A stretch of 64,000 bases of DNA, taken from a virus. Under the pieces are notes generated by a model. It searched no databases and was not told where the DNA came from. It worked only from the letters and a program-made list of their open reading frames with translations. Each line of letters starts with the position of its first letter. Positions within the stretch are counted from its first letter, which is position 1. Shown one piece after another: positions 1 to 9,615 of this stretch. The stretch spans positions 112,559 to 176,558 of IMG/VR virus record IMGVR_UViG_3300036770_005754; one strand, given 5' to 3'. Made by a program: the position numbers and the translations under genes.

Positions 1-1989
1 ATTCTGGAAAGCATAAATACCACCAGAAGTCGCTGGATTACCAATTACCGCCGCATCAAGTTCACTCGAAAAAGCAGGATCTAACGGAATACCATTAGCC
101 ATCCCGCGAAAATGTTTCGTGTTGACCTGAGAGGGCAATCTAACAGCGAAAGTAGAAGGATCATTGATGTTGTTGTTCAAGAACGCAGGGCGTTCTTCCC
201 AATTCACATAGGCATTTCCATTCATCCCACCAAGAGAGGTCCCGGGATTGATGAGATTCGCAATGTATCGAGCCTGCCTCTTATCGAAACTGACATCGTC
301 AATAGCTTCGACAGGTTGATTATTCTTATCCAAAACAGTCAAACGATAGCGACCAGCGGAATCGCCAACACCGTCGGTAAACAGTTCGAGAGTAACACTG
401 AAACCAGAAAGCCAAGTCCCAGCAGAGGGCGCGACAAGCCACCCAACCACGTTCTGGAAGTAAGCGGCATCAGCAGCACAATCCGGGCCAAACGGATCGG
501 TCTCGCAAGACAGAGGAGTGGAAGCAGTGATCTCACCAGAATCTGGTAAAACCAGCCTATTGTCGTCGAACCCGCGATACGCTCTCTTATACGGGTAAAC
601 AATATTCAATTCTTCGGCAAACCGCAAGGTCTTCAGATTCGAATAGTTAGCCATTATCTGTAGAGTATCTAATTGACGCCCAACAGATGTTTCAATAACA
701 ACGTGAGTATCCCCACTAGGAACAGTAATAGCATAAGAATTCCATAGCACGCCACCAGCGACCACACCAGCTGCATCTATTACCGCAGCAATAGACTCAG
801 TAGACTGGTTCAAGCCAATGGGAACGTTGAACGAAGCTTCCGTCGTGTTAGACTCGCCAATCAAGTTGATTTTAACACGATTGTTCTGAGTCGTGATATT
901 GTAAGGGCCAGGATCAAGACCGAGCAAGTAAGATCTTGGAATATCCCAAGCGTATTGCTCAGTACCACACTCAAGAGCCCAGCCTTGAGTAGACATCAAC
1001 TGAATACGCTCGCCTGCGACAGTACTTCTGATCTGCGGGATCGTTGAACCATCTTCCATGGTATATTCGATGAAGATATAATCTTCACTACCAAGAAGCG
1101 CATTGGCCGCAGTGATGAAAGAATCGACCGTCGTATATGTCGCGAGCGGCATCGTATAAGTCGTCGGAGACAGATTACCATCAACAGCGATCGAGAACGA
1201 ACGATTATTCGGAGCAGCACTCCAAATGAACGTATCATTCTCATCGATCTCACCTGAAGAAACAGAGATCTCCAGAGTTAGACCATCACCAATGGAAATC
1301 GCATCAGAGGTCCCGTCTCCGTTACTATCTGCAAAATAGCCCTCGGCGACTATTGAACCGTCACTATTTCTAACGACCTGATAACCAGCGCCCACAAATT
1401 GAGCATCTTCTGACAAATTGGGTGCCGATGTGATAACCATCACCCACGACTCGTCGGCGGAACCAGTGTAAACGCCAGTCAAAGTCCCAGAGGCGGATGT
1501 TGGACCATCTGTAGATGAAAGGTCAGCATCGCTATATTCCACAACACTTGTTGATGCATTATGGAAAGTGAGTGGTGTTGGGTTATTGTCGACACCGTCC
1601 CCAACAGCACGCAAATTGATTCTACCATAATCAATGCCCGTAAAGAGAGGAACTCGGCCCCACCCTTTACCACGACCACCAGATGTGTCAATACAGATAT
1701 CAGACAATTCCTGAGGCTGACCATCTTCGCATTCGACGCCCACTCTCATAACATATGCCGCGTTGCCTTCTTCAAGGTATGACAACACAGCATACATCAG
1801 ATAGCTCTCAGGGAATGGCTCCCCAAAAGTCTCTATGGCTTGCGTGGAGTTCGTGATTAAAATCGGAGTGTTCAGAGGGCCTTTCTTAGCGGTCCCAATA
1901 AACCCGGGCCGAAGCGGGCCAACGGCTGTTGGCAGTACGCTGATGTCAATTTCTCTTGGGAAAACGCCGGGGCTTAAGAACACTGTCAT
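1..1989 (-). CDS. Contractile tail sheath protein (T4 gp18-like), C-terminus outside the window
   Basis: Not in the ORF track because it runs off the edge. Hand translation from ATG 1989 gives MTVFLSPGVFPREIDISVLPTAVGPLRPGFIGTAKKGPLNTPILITNSTQAIETFGEP...YLEEGNAAYVMRV, the typical sheath N-terminus (SPGV..E.D, F.G...KGP, .VRV). GGAG RBS upstream. Confidence 0.93.
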   Translation of the reverse strand, partial: MTVFLSPGVFPREIDISVLPTAVGPLRPGFIGTAKKGPLNTPILITNSTQAIETFGEPFPESYLMYAVLSYLEEGNAAYVMRVGVECEDGQPQELSDICIDTSGGRGKGWGRVPLFTGIDYGRINLRAVGDGVDNNPTPLTFHNASTSVVEYSDADLSSTDGPTSASGTLTGVYTGSADESWVMVITSAPNLSEDAQFVGAGYQVVRNSDGSIVAEGYFADSNGDGTSDAISIGDGLTLEISVSSGEIDENDTFIWSAAPNNRSFSIAVDGNLSPTTYTMPLATYTTVDSFITAANALLGSEDYIFIEYTMEDGSTIPQIRSTVAGERIQLMSTQGWALECGTEQYAWDIPRSYLLGLDPGPYNITTQNNRVKINLIGESNTTEASFNVPIGLNQSTESIAAVIDAAGVVAGGVLWNSYAITVPSGDTHVVIETSVGRQLDTLQIMANYSNLKTLRFAEELNIVYPYKRAYRGFDDNRLVLPDSGEITASTPLSCETDPFGPDCAADAAYFQNVVGWLVAPSAGTWLSGFSVTLELFTDGVGDSAGRYRLTVLDKNNQPVEAIDDVSFDKRQARYIANLINPGTSLGGMNGNAYVNWEERPAFLNNNINDPSTFAVRLPSQVNTKHFRGMANGIPLDPAFSSELDAAVIGNPATSGGIYAFQN

Positions 1990-2026
1990 CGCTTCTACTC
2001 CATCGCCAATACTGGTGTGTTAAAAT

Positions 2027-2036
2027 TATCTTTGAC
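2027..2036 (-). promoter_or_regulatory. Candidate late promoter motif (GTCAAAGATA; loose consensus CAAAnnTA)
   Basis: Similar words lie a short way upstream of genes starting at 8622, 9558, 19455, 22588, 45355, 47550 and 55233. Confidence 0.4.
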
Positions 2037-2046
2037 GGTTAAACTA

Positions 2047-2301
2047 CTAACTCATCATCGCTTCTTGTCTCTCTGCGACTAGTTCACTATCGTGCAGAAT
2101 TTTAATGAAGCCTTTCTTCTTAAGATTCTCCAACTGATCTTGCCGTAAATGCGCCTTAGGTAAAAGGACATCATGGCCGGGCTGTATTCTGATCTGTGAT
2201 TCATTCATATAGAAATTACCACCAGGCGGCCTAGCTTGAAGCTGAATGAGCTGGCGGCTGTTGTTGTAGACTCTTATCACATGTGATCTGTTCTTCTTCA
2301 T
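2047..2301 (-). CDS. Small virion-linked hypothetical protein
   Basis: 84 aa, between the gp15-like and sheath genes; similar to 22588..22818 and to the N-terminus of 25132..27045. Confidence 0.75.
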   Translation of the reverse strand: MKKNRSHVIRVYNNSRQLIQLQARPPGGNFYMNESQIRIQPGHDVLLPKAHLRQDQLENLKKKGFIKILHDSELVAERQEAMMS

Positions 2302-3209
2302 CTGTTAACCTTTTCTGCAGCTTTTTTAGGATCATTGATCGGCTCAAACCAGAGCTGACCACCAGGAGCACCAGTAGCCTGAGATTTTGAGGCCACCAAA
2401 ATCTCTCCAAGTTTCTCTTTCAGATTCGCGACAGTACCAAGGACAGTTTTAACAATTTTCTCGGGAAGAGGCAACCATGCTTCTGCCGCACAAGATACTT
2501 CATACCGTACATTTGCGTGTTGATCAAATCCAGTTTCTTTATCACTAGCGTCATTGTAACCGCCAAACCTCAGCTGAACAGCACCGGCTATCTTACCATC
2601 AAACATTCTAAATTCAGCTAATGGGTTAAAACGATTTAAAACCTGGAATAAAATGTATTCAGCATCTCTCTTCCGCTCAGCCCATATCACGAGTTTGTAA
2701 TCCACTAACCACGGGGTCGGTCTGAATACCTTAGCGGCCTGATCAGCCCTCCTGCTGAGGTATCTGACAGTCATCGCGTGATATGGCGGGCTGAATTTTT
2801 CAGGATTAAATTCAGCAGACTCCCGGCTAATTGCCGCGAGTGGTAATCTAGCACGACCCTCTTTTAAATCATCATTCCAAATCAGCAGGCTCTTATCACC
2901 ACCAGAGATCTTGACTCTCATAAAACGATAAGAATCTTTAGTCGGGACTCTTATGCCGGACCAATATTGTTTCATCGCCTCATCAAGAGAACGGAAACCA
3001 GGTTGTAAAAACTCTTCCAAATGGTGTGGATAAGCTAGAAAATCAGTGCCGTCGAAAGGGTTTCTACCGCCCTCGGCATGACTCAATTGCCTAATGGATG
3101 GAATATCTTTTAGCCCATCAGGTATATTTGGACTGTTTACATAACCATTCGCAGAAAAATCAGAATTCCAATTATAAGTCGGCATATTGTCCTCCCGATG
3201 GAGGTTCAA
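2298..3209 (-). CDS. Tail completion / sheath stabiliser (gp15-like)
   Basis: Position upstream of the sheath gene; LPLAAISR...F.PE and P.PWLVDYKL.IWA....DA..IL.Q....F.P pattern. Confidence 0.7.
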   Translation of the reverse strand: MNLHREDNMPTYNWNSDFSANGYVNSPNIPDGLKDIPSIRQLSHAEGGRNPFDGTDFLAYPHHLEEFLQPGFRSLDEAMKQYWSGIRVPTKDSYRFMRVKISGGDKSLLIWNDDLKEGRARLPLAAISRESAEFNPEKFSPPYHAMTVRYLSRRADQAAKVFRPTPWLVDYKLVIWAERKRDAEYILFQVLNRFNPLAEFRMFDGKIAGAVQLRFGGYNDASDKETGFDQHANVRYEVSCAAEAWLPLPEKIVKTVLGTVANLKEKLGEILVASKSQATGAPGGQLWFEPINDPKKAAEKVNR

Positions 3210-3496
3210 CTATCTATTAACGGTATAAAATTTGCCGGATTGCGAATAGAATCCATAAACTGTCTGACCTTAGTATCAATATCATGTAACTCATCGGTAT
3301 TATTAACAATTATTTGACCGGACAGTGTTAAGTTTATCTTTGGACCACTTACACTTTTACCAGATGGTACAAGTTCCAACTCAGGAGATATATCAGCGAT
3401 CTTACCTATTAAGCCATTACTAATGGTATTTAAAAAAGAATGGTTCGAAGTATCGAAGCCGTCTTTATAATTAACTAGATTCTCTATATTGCCCAC
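3206..3496 (-). CDS. Hypothetical protein
   Basis: 96-aa ORF overlapping both neighbours. Confidence 0.6.
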   Translation of the reverse strand: MGNIENLVNYKDGFDTSNHSFLNTISNGLIGKIADISPELELVPSGKSVSGPKINLTLSGQIIVNNTDELHDIDTKVRQFMDSIRNPANFIPLIDS

Positions 3497-4103
3497 CTGT
3501 CACCACCTGTTCGTCGTCTTGAAGATCTTCTTCCGGCCTCACAGTAATATCAGCAGTCAGAGTCTCCATCTGGCATGTCAAGTACAGCCATGTGTATCTA
3601 AAATTCCCGCTCGGAGTAGTATTCAATATTCTATAGTTTCTGGGACTTATCGCGACGGTCGCTGCATTATATGGCAACTGCACAACATCGCCTGCCCTGA
3701 GCATTCTTTCACCAACAAGATTGTTTATTTCGTGGTGGTCAAATATTACTTCTGTCTTATTAATTATCTCCGCCCCCCAGACCTTTAATTCAGCTTCCAA
3801 AGGTTGTGGCTTAAAGTAACCTTTGATTTTAATTGGGTTCCAGTATGTCGGGTCTGCATCCTCATCCCATACGCTATCGAAATCTGCATTGTCAGTTCTC
3901 AAATAGATCGTCACTTCAGCACCAGATACTTGTATCATCTCCCTAACTTGGGACCTAGCCATGCGTATGTCGGCTGACTGGTTGTCATGTATGGCTACTG
4001 GCGTATGTCGTTGTTCGACATCTGACCTATTAGTCGCCAGAATCGTATTAAAGGTATCTGGGTCAACTTGCCCAGTATTGATTGCGAATCTGTGTATTGT
4101 CAT
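3471..4103 (-). CDS. Neck / head-closure protein (gp14-like)
   Basis: E.I...G..V..Y, W.ED, GD.V.LPY pattern; gp13-gp14-gp15-sheath order. Confidence 0.7.
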   Translation of the reverse strand: MTIHRFAINTGQVDPDTFNTILATNRSDVEQRHTPVAIHDNQSADIRMARSQVREMIQVSGAEVTIYLRTDNADFDSVWDEDADPTYWNPIKIKGYFKPQPLEAELKVWGAEIINKTEVIFDHHEINNLVGERMLRAGDVVQLPYNAATVAISPRNYRILNTTPSGNFRYTWLYLTCQMETLTADITVRPEEDLQDDEQVVTGGQYRESS

Positions 4104-4106
4104 ACA

Positions 4107-4739
4107 TTATTTTTGAGCATCAACGCCCCAAGGCGGAACCCTAGGTAGTACACCGACCCCCGGCGGAAATCCGCCCTCTTCTCTATATGGATCATTCACT
4201 GGGGCAGGTATATCCTTAAAATCGGGCGATGGGCAGTACCCCATGCCTATAATATCACATGCGTCATAATTTTCTTCGAGTGGTAGTTCGTCATTAGCTA
4301 ACTTACGCAATTCCTCATACCAGTCGACATATCTATCACATGGGCAATTTATATTAACTGGTGGTAATACTAGCCATTTTTGCCTTCTGTTGCCTCTATT
4401 GAAGTTATTTCCGAACTTAACGTACGATCCAGGTATATGTTGTAGAGCGTCATCAAGATCTACCAATGAATTCCCGCATCTGTTTTTGGACAGATATATT
4501 GATAATGTGGCTGATGATAATGAAGAAGTTGGTTCGCAACCGGGGACTAAGATCTTGTTATTAGCCAGGACTTCTAATTGTAGGCTGTATTGTATCTTAT
4601 CTTGCTGTGGCGATGTTAGATAATAGCAATGTAAAAGATTAAATCTATCGACTGAGCTACTTAAATTGTCTGGCGGTGTTACCATTACTGTGAATGGTCT
4701 TCCCCACTGGAGCATACTGCTCCGTTGTGCCGCTGTCAT
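4107..4739 (-). CDS. Hypothetical protein
   Basis: 210-aa ORF with ATGA overlap. Confidence 0.7.
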   Translation of the reverse strand: MTAAQRSSMLQWGRPFTVMVTPPDNLSSSVDRFNLLHCYYLTSPQQDKIQYSLQLEVLANNKILVPGCEPTSSLSSATLSIYLSKNRCGNSLVDLDDALQHIPGSYVKFGNNFNRGNRRQKWLVLPPVNINCPCDRYVDWYEELRKLANDELPLEENYDACDIIGMGYCPSPDFKDIPAPVNDPYREEGGFPPGVGVLPRVPPWGVDAQK

Positions 4740-5914
4740 TGGAATTTGCCTCTGGTTGCTGTTGTGCCATCATCACTTACATTAGCTGTCGCCACTGATG
4801 TTACCGCATCATCTCTAAAGACAGTTTGTGTGTTCGAGGTCTGTGTTAGCCGATTCTTAGCGAGCATGAATAACCAGCTAATTTTATCTTTCAAGCTACT
4901 ATTTGATGCTGGGACAGATGTTGGTTCGGCACAATCATCAATTGCTATGGCACTAACAATTTGGTCTTTGACCTGTTCTGGAGTGATGGTTGCCAGTCCG
5001 AATCGAATTGCGCTTATAATGTCTGTATTGATCTCTTGAACATTGCTATCCATTCGTCCATCTATTAGAGAATCTGGTAGACGCGATTGTATATTCTGTG
5101 TGTCTTCCTCAATATCGTTCACTTGTAGTGTCGTTGCTAGACCGGCCTGAATGTCTGTGATTGTATGGACATGGCTCTGTGGCAAGATCAAAACAACATC
5201 GCCAGCCTGCGGAGCGGATGTCAGAGGATCTTCAAGTACAACGGTGACTGTCATGTCTCCGTTGTTGGTCCACGTGAGGATTGGGCTGTTCTGAAGCGCT
5301 ATGTTCGCTGTACCTTCCTCGAAGTACAAAACAGAATGCTTCATCGCACCTGTCGGGTAGTCCACTCCTGTGAGATTGAAAGTAGTTACGGTCGGTGCCG
5401 GTGAAGCAGCAACCGTACCGTCGATAGTGGCACTGGCCTTCCTAATATGATTTATCGTCCATCCGAGACTACCCGGTATCAGGTGCTGACTGATCATTTC
5501 GTCTGAAACAGCGTCGGCTATTTCGGCTGCGGTTGGTGCCCCAAATCGTGCGGTCTGATAATCGACTGCATCGAGAGCAATCAGCAAATTCACGACGGCC
5601 ATATTTGTCGCACCGCGGAATTGAAGTGCCACTTCGTTGCCACCGTCAAGTGCTGCATCCGGAATGCCGATCTCATACCAACCTGGCATGTTGGTATTAT
5701 CGACCGCGACGAACCCGCCGCTGGTCCATGTGCCGAGCGTTGCGGTTGCCAGTGTGATCTGCACCTCGTTGTTGAGGTCTCCGGCGTAGTAATAGGCCAC
5801 AAGTCCGCTGGAGTTGTACACCAGATTTGCCAGCCCGCTGCCGTCTGTTTTGCTCGTGTCGGCAATGAATATCAGCCGCCGCACTGATGTTGATCCGCGT
5901 TTGATTGGCCTCAC
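4736..5914 (-). CDS. Putative virion accessory protein (chimeric)
   Basis: 392 aa, Thr/Ala-rich; the 5' part is GC-rich and the 3' part AT-rich. Confidence 0.7.
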   Translation of the reverse strand: MRPIKRGSTSVRRLIFIADTSKTDGSGLANLVYNSSGLVAYYYAGDLNNEVQITLATATLGTWTSGGFVAVDNTNMPGWYEIGIPDAALDGGNEVALQFRGATNMAVVNLLIALDAVDYQTARFGAPTAAEIADAVSDEMISQHLIPGSLGWTINHIRKASATIDGTVAASPAPTVTTFNLTGVDYPTGAMKHSVLYFEEGTANIALQNSPILTWTNNGDMTVTVVLEDPLTSAPQAGDVVLILPQSHVHTITDIQAGLATTLQVNDIEEDTQNIQSRLPDSLIDGRMDSNVQEINTDIISAIRFGLATITPEQVKDQIVSAIAIDDCAEPTSVPASNSSLKDKISWLFMLAKNRLTQTSNTQTVFRDDAVTSVATANVSDDGTTATRGKFQ

Positions 5915-6585
5915 TGATCTACTCCTCCGCGGATGTTCACGGGGCGGAATCCGCCGCCGGATGATTTTGCGATGCCTGTGTCTTGGATTGAGCCGATAGC
6001 CCCTAGATTGCTGCTGCCGGTCGTGTAGGTTTGGCTCACGGCAGAAACAGACGCGACAGCCGCGTTTGTGTCGTGCAAGACGATTTTTGTGGCCGATGTG
6101 CCCGCTTGCACTGCCCGATTCGTGTAGCCGCTTGGGGCTGAATCAATTGTACTTGCAGGCTGATTTGTCATTGCAGCCGCCACAACCCACTGATCTGGCG
6201 TCAAAATCCCGGCAGTATCTCCCGTTGCCGGCATTGCTGGCCAACTCAGCGTCGTCCCTCCTGTTGAAGACACGCCAGTGAATCTTGCTGGTCCCATGAG
6301 GATATAATTTGCATCATCCCGATACACACCGCAAATTATAGTAACGGCGTTTGTCCACGTGCCGCTTGTTTCGGATGCCGATGCTGCAATCTTATAGGCA
6401 ACCGTCAACGATCGTCCGTTGCCGTCGAATGCATATCGGACATGCAATCTAAGCCAGCCTGTAGGTGGCGTGATTTGTGCCGTCGTGCTGGCGCAAACCA
6501 TCACCAGCAAATCGCCGGCCTGATGCGTGGGCAGCGTCAAACTGTTCGCCTCTGCAGATGCTGCACCAACGAAAGAGATCGTCAT
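5911..6585 (-). CDS. Putative beta-rich virion accessory protein
   Basis: MTISFVGA...LP..QAGDLLV...TPPTGW...AYK.A pattern, common in phage tail accessory proteins; GC-rich. Confidence 0.65.
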   Translation of the reverse strand: MTISFVGAASAEANSLTLPTHQAGDLLVMVCASTTAQITPPTGWLRLHVRYAFDGNGRSLTVAYKIAASASETSGTWTNAVTIICGVYRDDANYILMGPARFTGVSSTGGTTLSWPAMPATGDTAGILTPDQWVVAAAMTNQPASTIDSAPSGYTNRAVQAGTSATKIVLHDTNAAVASVSAVSQTYTTGSSNLGAIGSIQDTGIAKSSGGGFRPVNIRGGVDQ

Positions 6586-7157
6586 TGCGTCACCGTAGCC
6601 GCTGCCAGAAACGCGGCTTTAACCGTGTCTATGGTGCGATCCGGATTAGAGAGAGCAGGCTGAATCGTCTCGTTGAGAGCGTTTGCTGCCCATGCGTCGG
6701 CCGCTGATGTGCGGGCTGCGTCCGATTTCTGCTGTGCAAACTGCTCCGCTGTCAGGTCTTTGAACGGCCGTCCGCCGTCAAGCCGGTAAAACGAATCAAT
6801 CGTCTCCGACTGATCGCCACCGAGGATCTGGGCGATGCCAGTGATCACAGCATGCACTCTACCTGCAGGTCCTGGCTGTGTGGTGCGAAGGTCGCCGCCT
6901 TCCAGCATAAGGGCTTTAAGGTCTCTCAATCCCGCCTGCATAGCACTAGACAACTGCCCAGCCTGCAGCATCTCCTGCAATGTGCCGAACCAAGCCGATC
7001 CGTCGTAGGCAAGTAGAGCGGGGTCACGATCTTGCCGCAGCCACCGCCGGACAGAGGGCGCCGCGATGTTCGAGCGGCTGAGCGTCTGCAATGTTGCGAC
7101 GATCTCAGCGTCTGTTCCTGTCAGCCCAAAGGATTGTGCGGCTTCAATGGCGTTCAT
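6582..7157 (-). CDS. Hypothetical protein (GC-rich insert)
   Basis: 191 aa, GAGG RBS, ATGA overlap. Confidence 0.7.
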   Translation of the reverse strand: MNAIEAAQSFGLTGTDAEIVATLQTLSRSNIAAPSVRRWLRQDRDPALLAYDGSAWFGTLQEMLQAGQLSSAMQAGLRDLKALMLEGGDLRTTQPGPAGRVHAVITGIAQILGGDQSETIDSFYRLDGGRPFKDLTAEQFAQQKSDAARTSAADAWAANALNETIQPALSNPDRTIDTVKAAFLAAATVTQ

Positions 7158-7290
7158 GCGGCGGATTCCTCACTGCGGTCACTACAGACTTGTTTCACGA
7201 TGCTCGTGTTGATGACGATTGACAACAGAGTTTTGTCAAGAGTCTTGCCCATTTCAACGATCATTCCTGAATTATTGGTTCAAACACAAT

Positions 7291-8073
7291 TCACCATAAC
7301 CATAGTCCCATTGGTTCACCTAGTTTCAGTGCGTTCTCAACAAGCTCCGCTTTCATTTTCTCGCCCTCCTGGACTAGATCGGAACCATCATAACTAATCG
7401 AACCACCATCTGGAGTTGGCATTCCTTGTATTTTTCTGCGAGAATGCCCAAGGACACATTTTGCTTCAGCCAACATCATGTCATAACAGATTTTTCTTGC
7501 CTGAGGACTTCGAAAATGATCGATAACAGGCACATACATTACCACCACCGGGAACGCGCCCTTTGGAGTCGGATACAATCTAATCATCTGATCCTTAGCA
7601 CTGAGAGAATCACCTTGAGCATTACTGACACCCTCATTGATGACTTCCCAATGTCCTTCTGTGCCAAGGATTTTCTGGGAGAATTTTCTATAAGCCTGCA
7701 ATAAATGGTAATCAGTCAGTATATTCTGTATACCAGATATATTGCCGATATTGAACAGAAATGATTCAGCACCGAAAACATCATCAATCCTGGTGGTGAC
7801 TGGGTCCCAGCTGACTTGTTGAATCCAGTAAGCATCGTGTGGTAGTGGGTATGTCGATTGTAATGGGCTGGTATAGAACAAGCCCAGTTTCTGTTCTCTC
7901 GGGAAGTATCCAGCTATGAAATCCCCAGACACTTTCCAGATAGTTTCCCACTGGTCTTCTGTTATTTCTACTTCGACTACTGGATGTCCTAGTTGTGTCA
8001 GGACATATTTTTTCATCGGCTCGCTACGCAGCTTTAGGACTGATGGTAGGTCTGCTGGTGCTATTATTGCCAT
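7291..8073 (-). CDS. Neck / head-tail adaptor (gp13-like)
   Basis: YVL.QLG.PVV.VE.T.DQ N-terminus; A.AK..LG..R.K...P.PDGG....DG..L..EG C-terminus. Confidence 0.85.
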   Translation of the reverse strand: MAIIAPADLPSVLKLRSEPMKKYVLTQLGHPVVEVEITEDQWETIWKVSGDFIAGYFPREQKLGLFYTSPLQSTYPLPHDAYWIQQVSWDPVTTRIDDVFGAESFLFNIGNISGIQNILTDYHLLQAYRKFSQKILGTEGHWEVINEGVSNAQGDSLSAKDQMIRLYPTPKGAFPVVVMYVPVIDHFRSPQARKICYDMMLAEAKCVLGHSRRKIQGMPTPDGGSISYDGSDLVQEGEKMKAELVENALKLGEPMGLWLW

Positions 8074-8085
8074 TTTCGATCGTTT

Positions 8086-8622
8086 TCACAGAGGAAAGTG
8101 GTATCCCTTGTCCCCATATGTAACACCAGAATATTCTATTCTAAATATTGAATAGATTATGTCTGGTGGTAATGTGCTGAGTTCTGTCTCTATGGTTGTC
8201 TTCAGGTTCTTGACTCCGCTGTCTATCGTTGACACTGGGCCTGTTAAACATGGTGAAGAACCTGGACCGTCGAGTGTTTCTCCGGCGTGTATTAGTTGTT
8301 TGTCCGGATGTGGCTGTGTATTATTGGCTCCGGCATTGTAGAAACCGGTTATCATTGTTTGGGCAGGTACTTCACCGATTTGTGGTTTTACTGCTAGTCC
8401 TGCTGACATTCCTCCAAAGCCGCTGCTTGTACTTTGTGATAATTGTTGACCACCGCCTGGCGTCGCTAGATTCAGTGATGTGTTTTGACTAAGTGCTTCG
8501 TACATGTAACTGGCTATTTTTTGCATGTCTCGCCAGTTTTCGAATTTTTTACTCTTTCTTAAGCCAGATCCATGGTTTGGTACTATGCGGATATGTGCTG
8601 TAAACGGTACCCATCTTGCCAT
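8086..8622 (-). CDS. Hypothetical virion-region protein
   Basis: 178 aa, GAGGTG RBS. Confidence 0.75.
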   Translation of the reverse strand: MARWVPFTAHIRIVPNHGSGLRKSKKFENWRDMQKIASYMYEALSQNTSLNLATPGGGQQLSQSTSSGFGGMSAGLAVKPQIGEVPAQTMITGFYNAGANNTQPHPDKQLIHAGETLDGPGSSPCLTGPVSTIDSGVKNLKTTIETELSTLPPDIIYSIFRIEYSGVTYGDKGYHFPL

Positions 8623-8665
8623 TTTATCACCTCATTTTGGAATATACGGTATTTTTGATTTATTT

Positions 8666-9337
8666 TCATTGGCGATATAATGGGTGTACGTTGCTTTCGC
8701 ATGGTCCTAGGATTATTCTGTCTCTGGAGCTTATTAGGGTGTTGATTAAGTTGACTATCTCGGATTGATCTGCTGGGTCGTTTGGTATGTTGTCGGTTTT
8801 TTCTTTTATTAGTAGCAATGTTTCTTGTAGTGCTTTGTCGTTTGTGGCCGTATCGACTATCGTTGATATTAGCTCTTTCAGGTCGGTGCTTATTACGCGT
8901 TCTGATACTGCACCGGTTTGGAATGCTTCTTCTGATATGCTGTCTTTTTGGGTTGTGTACAGTGTTGATGCGACGTAGTTCTCGTTTGTGACTTTTACTG
9001 TTCTGTTTTCATCTTCTGCTATTAGAACTTGGTCTAATATTTGTGCTCTTTCTTCTGTCCATGATTGTGCGTCTGGTATTTCATATGCTTGGTATACTGC
9101 TTCTTCTGATTTTATCCTGACATACCATTGTGCTAGGCAGGTTTCTTCTGAGTCTGTAGCTATTATTTGGTATATTCCTGGTGCGTGATCTATGAATTGA
9201 CATGTCCACATTGCTGCTGCGTTTGTGGCTTTGGTTATGTTGATCCCAGTCCCAACCACTGTGTCAGTTCCTATTTGGAATGTTTTCACAGTGGTTGGTG
9301 TTCCTTGGGCTCCGAACCGCACTGTTTGCGTTGTCAT
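8666..9337 (-). CDS. Hypothetical virion-region protein
   Basis: 223 aa, ATGA overlap. Confidence 0.7.
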   Translation of the reverse strand: MTTQTVRFGAQGTPTTVKTFQIGTDTVVGTGINITKATNAAAMWTCQFIDHAPGIYQIIATDSEETCLAQWYVRIKSEEAVYQAYEIPDAQSWTEERAQILDQVLIAEDENRTVKVTNENYVASTLYTTQKDSISEEAFQTGAVSERVISTDLKELISTIVDTATNDKALQETLLLIKEKTDNIPNDPADQSEIVNLINTLISSRDRIILGPCESNVHPLYRQ

Positions 9338-9558
9338 TTTTCTACTTGTTGTTTTAGACGGTTAAGCAGATCTGTGCATGTTGATAGGACGTTTGATGCT
9401 TTGACCATGGATTCTTGGCCAGCTGTTGCTAGTTGTGCGTTTGCTATTTGTTTTGCTCCTGTTTCCATTAGCACCATTATGTTCATGTAGTCGTTTTTGG
9501 TGATTCCTACTTGGATGATTTCGGGTTGTTCTGTTGAATCTGCTTGCGAGTTTTGCAT
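9334..9558 (-). CDS. Small hypothetical protein (position fits a fibre assembly chaperone)
   Basis: 74 aa, helical. Confidence 0.6.
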   Translation of the reverse strand: MQNSQADSTEQPEIIQVGITKNDYMNIMVLMETGAKQIANAQLATAGQESMVKASNVLSTCTDLLNRLKQQVEK

Positions 9559-9615
9559 TGTGGCTTCTCTTAATGTTTATGAATTTTGACCGTTGTTTGA
9601 TTATTTACTGATTGA

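Noticed and set aside
112-2023. Short ORFs listed in the track over 1-2 kb, and antisense ORFs throughout
   Set aside because: They are shadows of the tail sheath frame and other real genes
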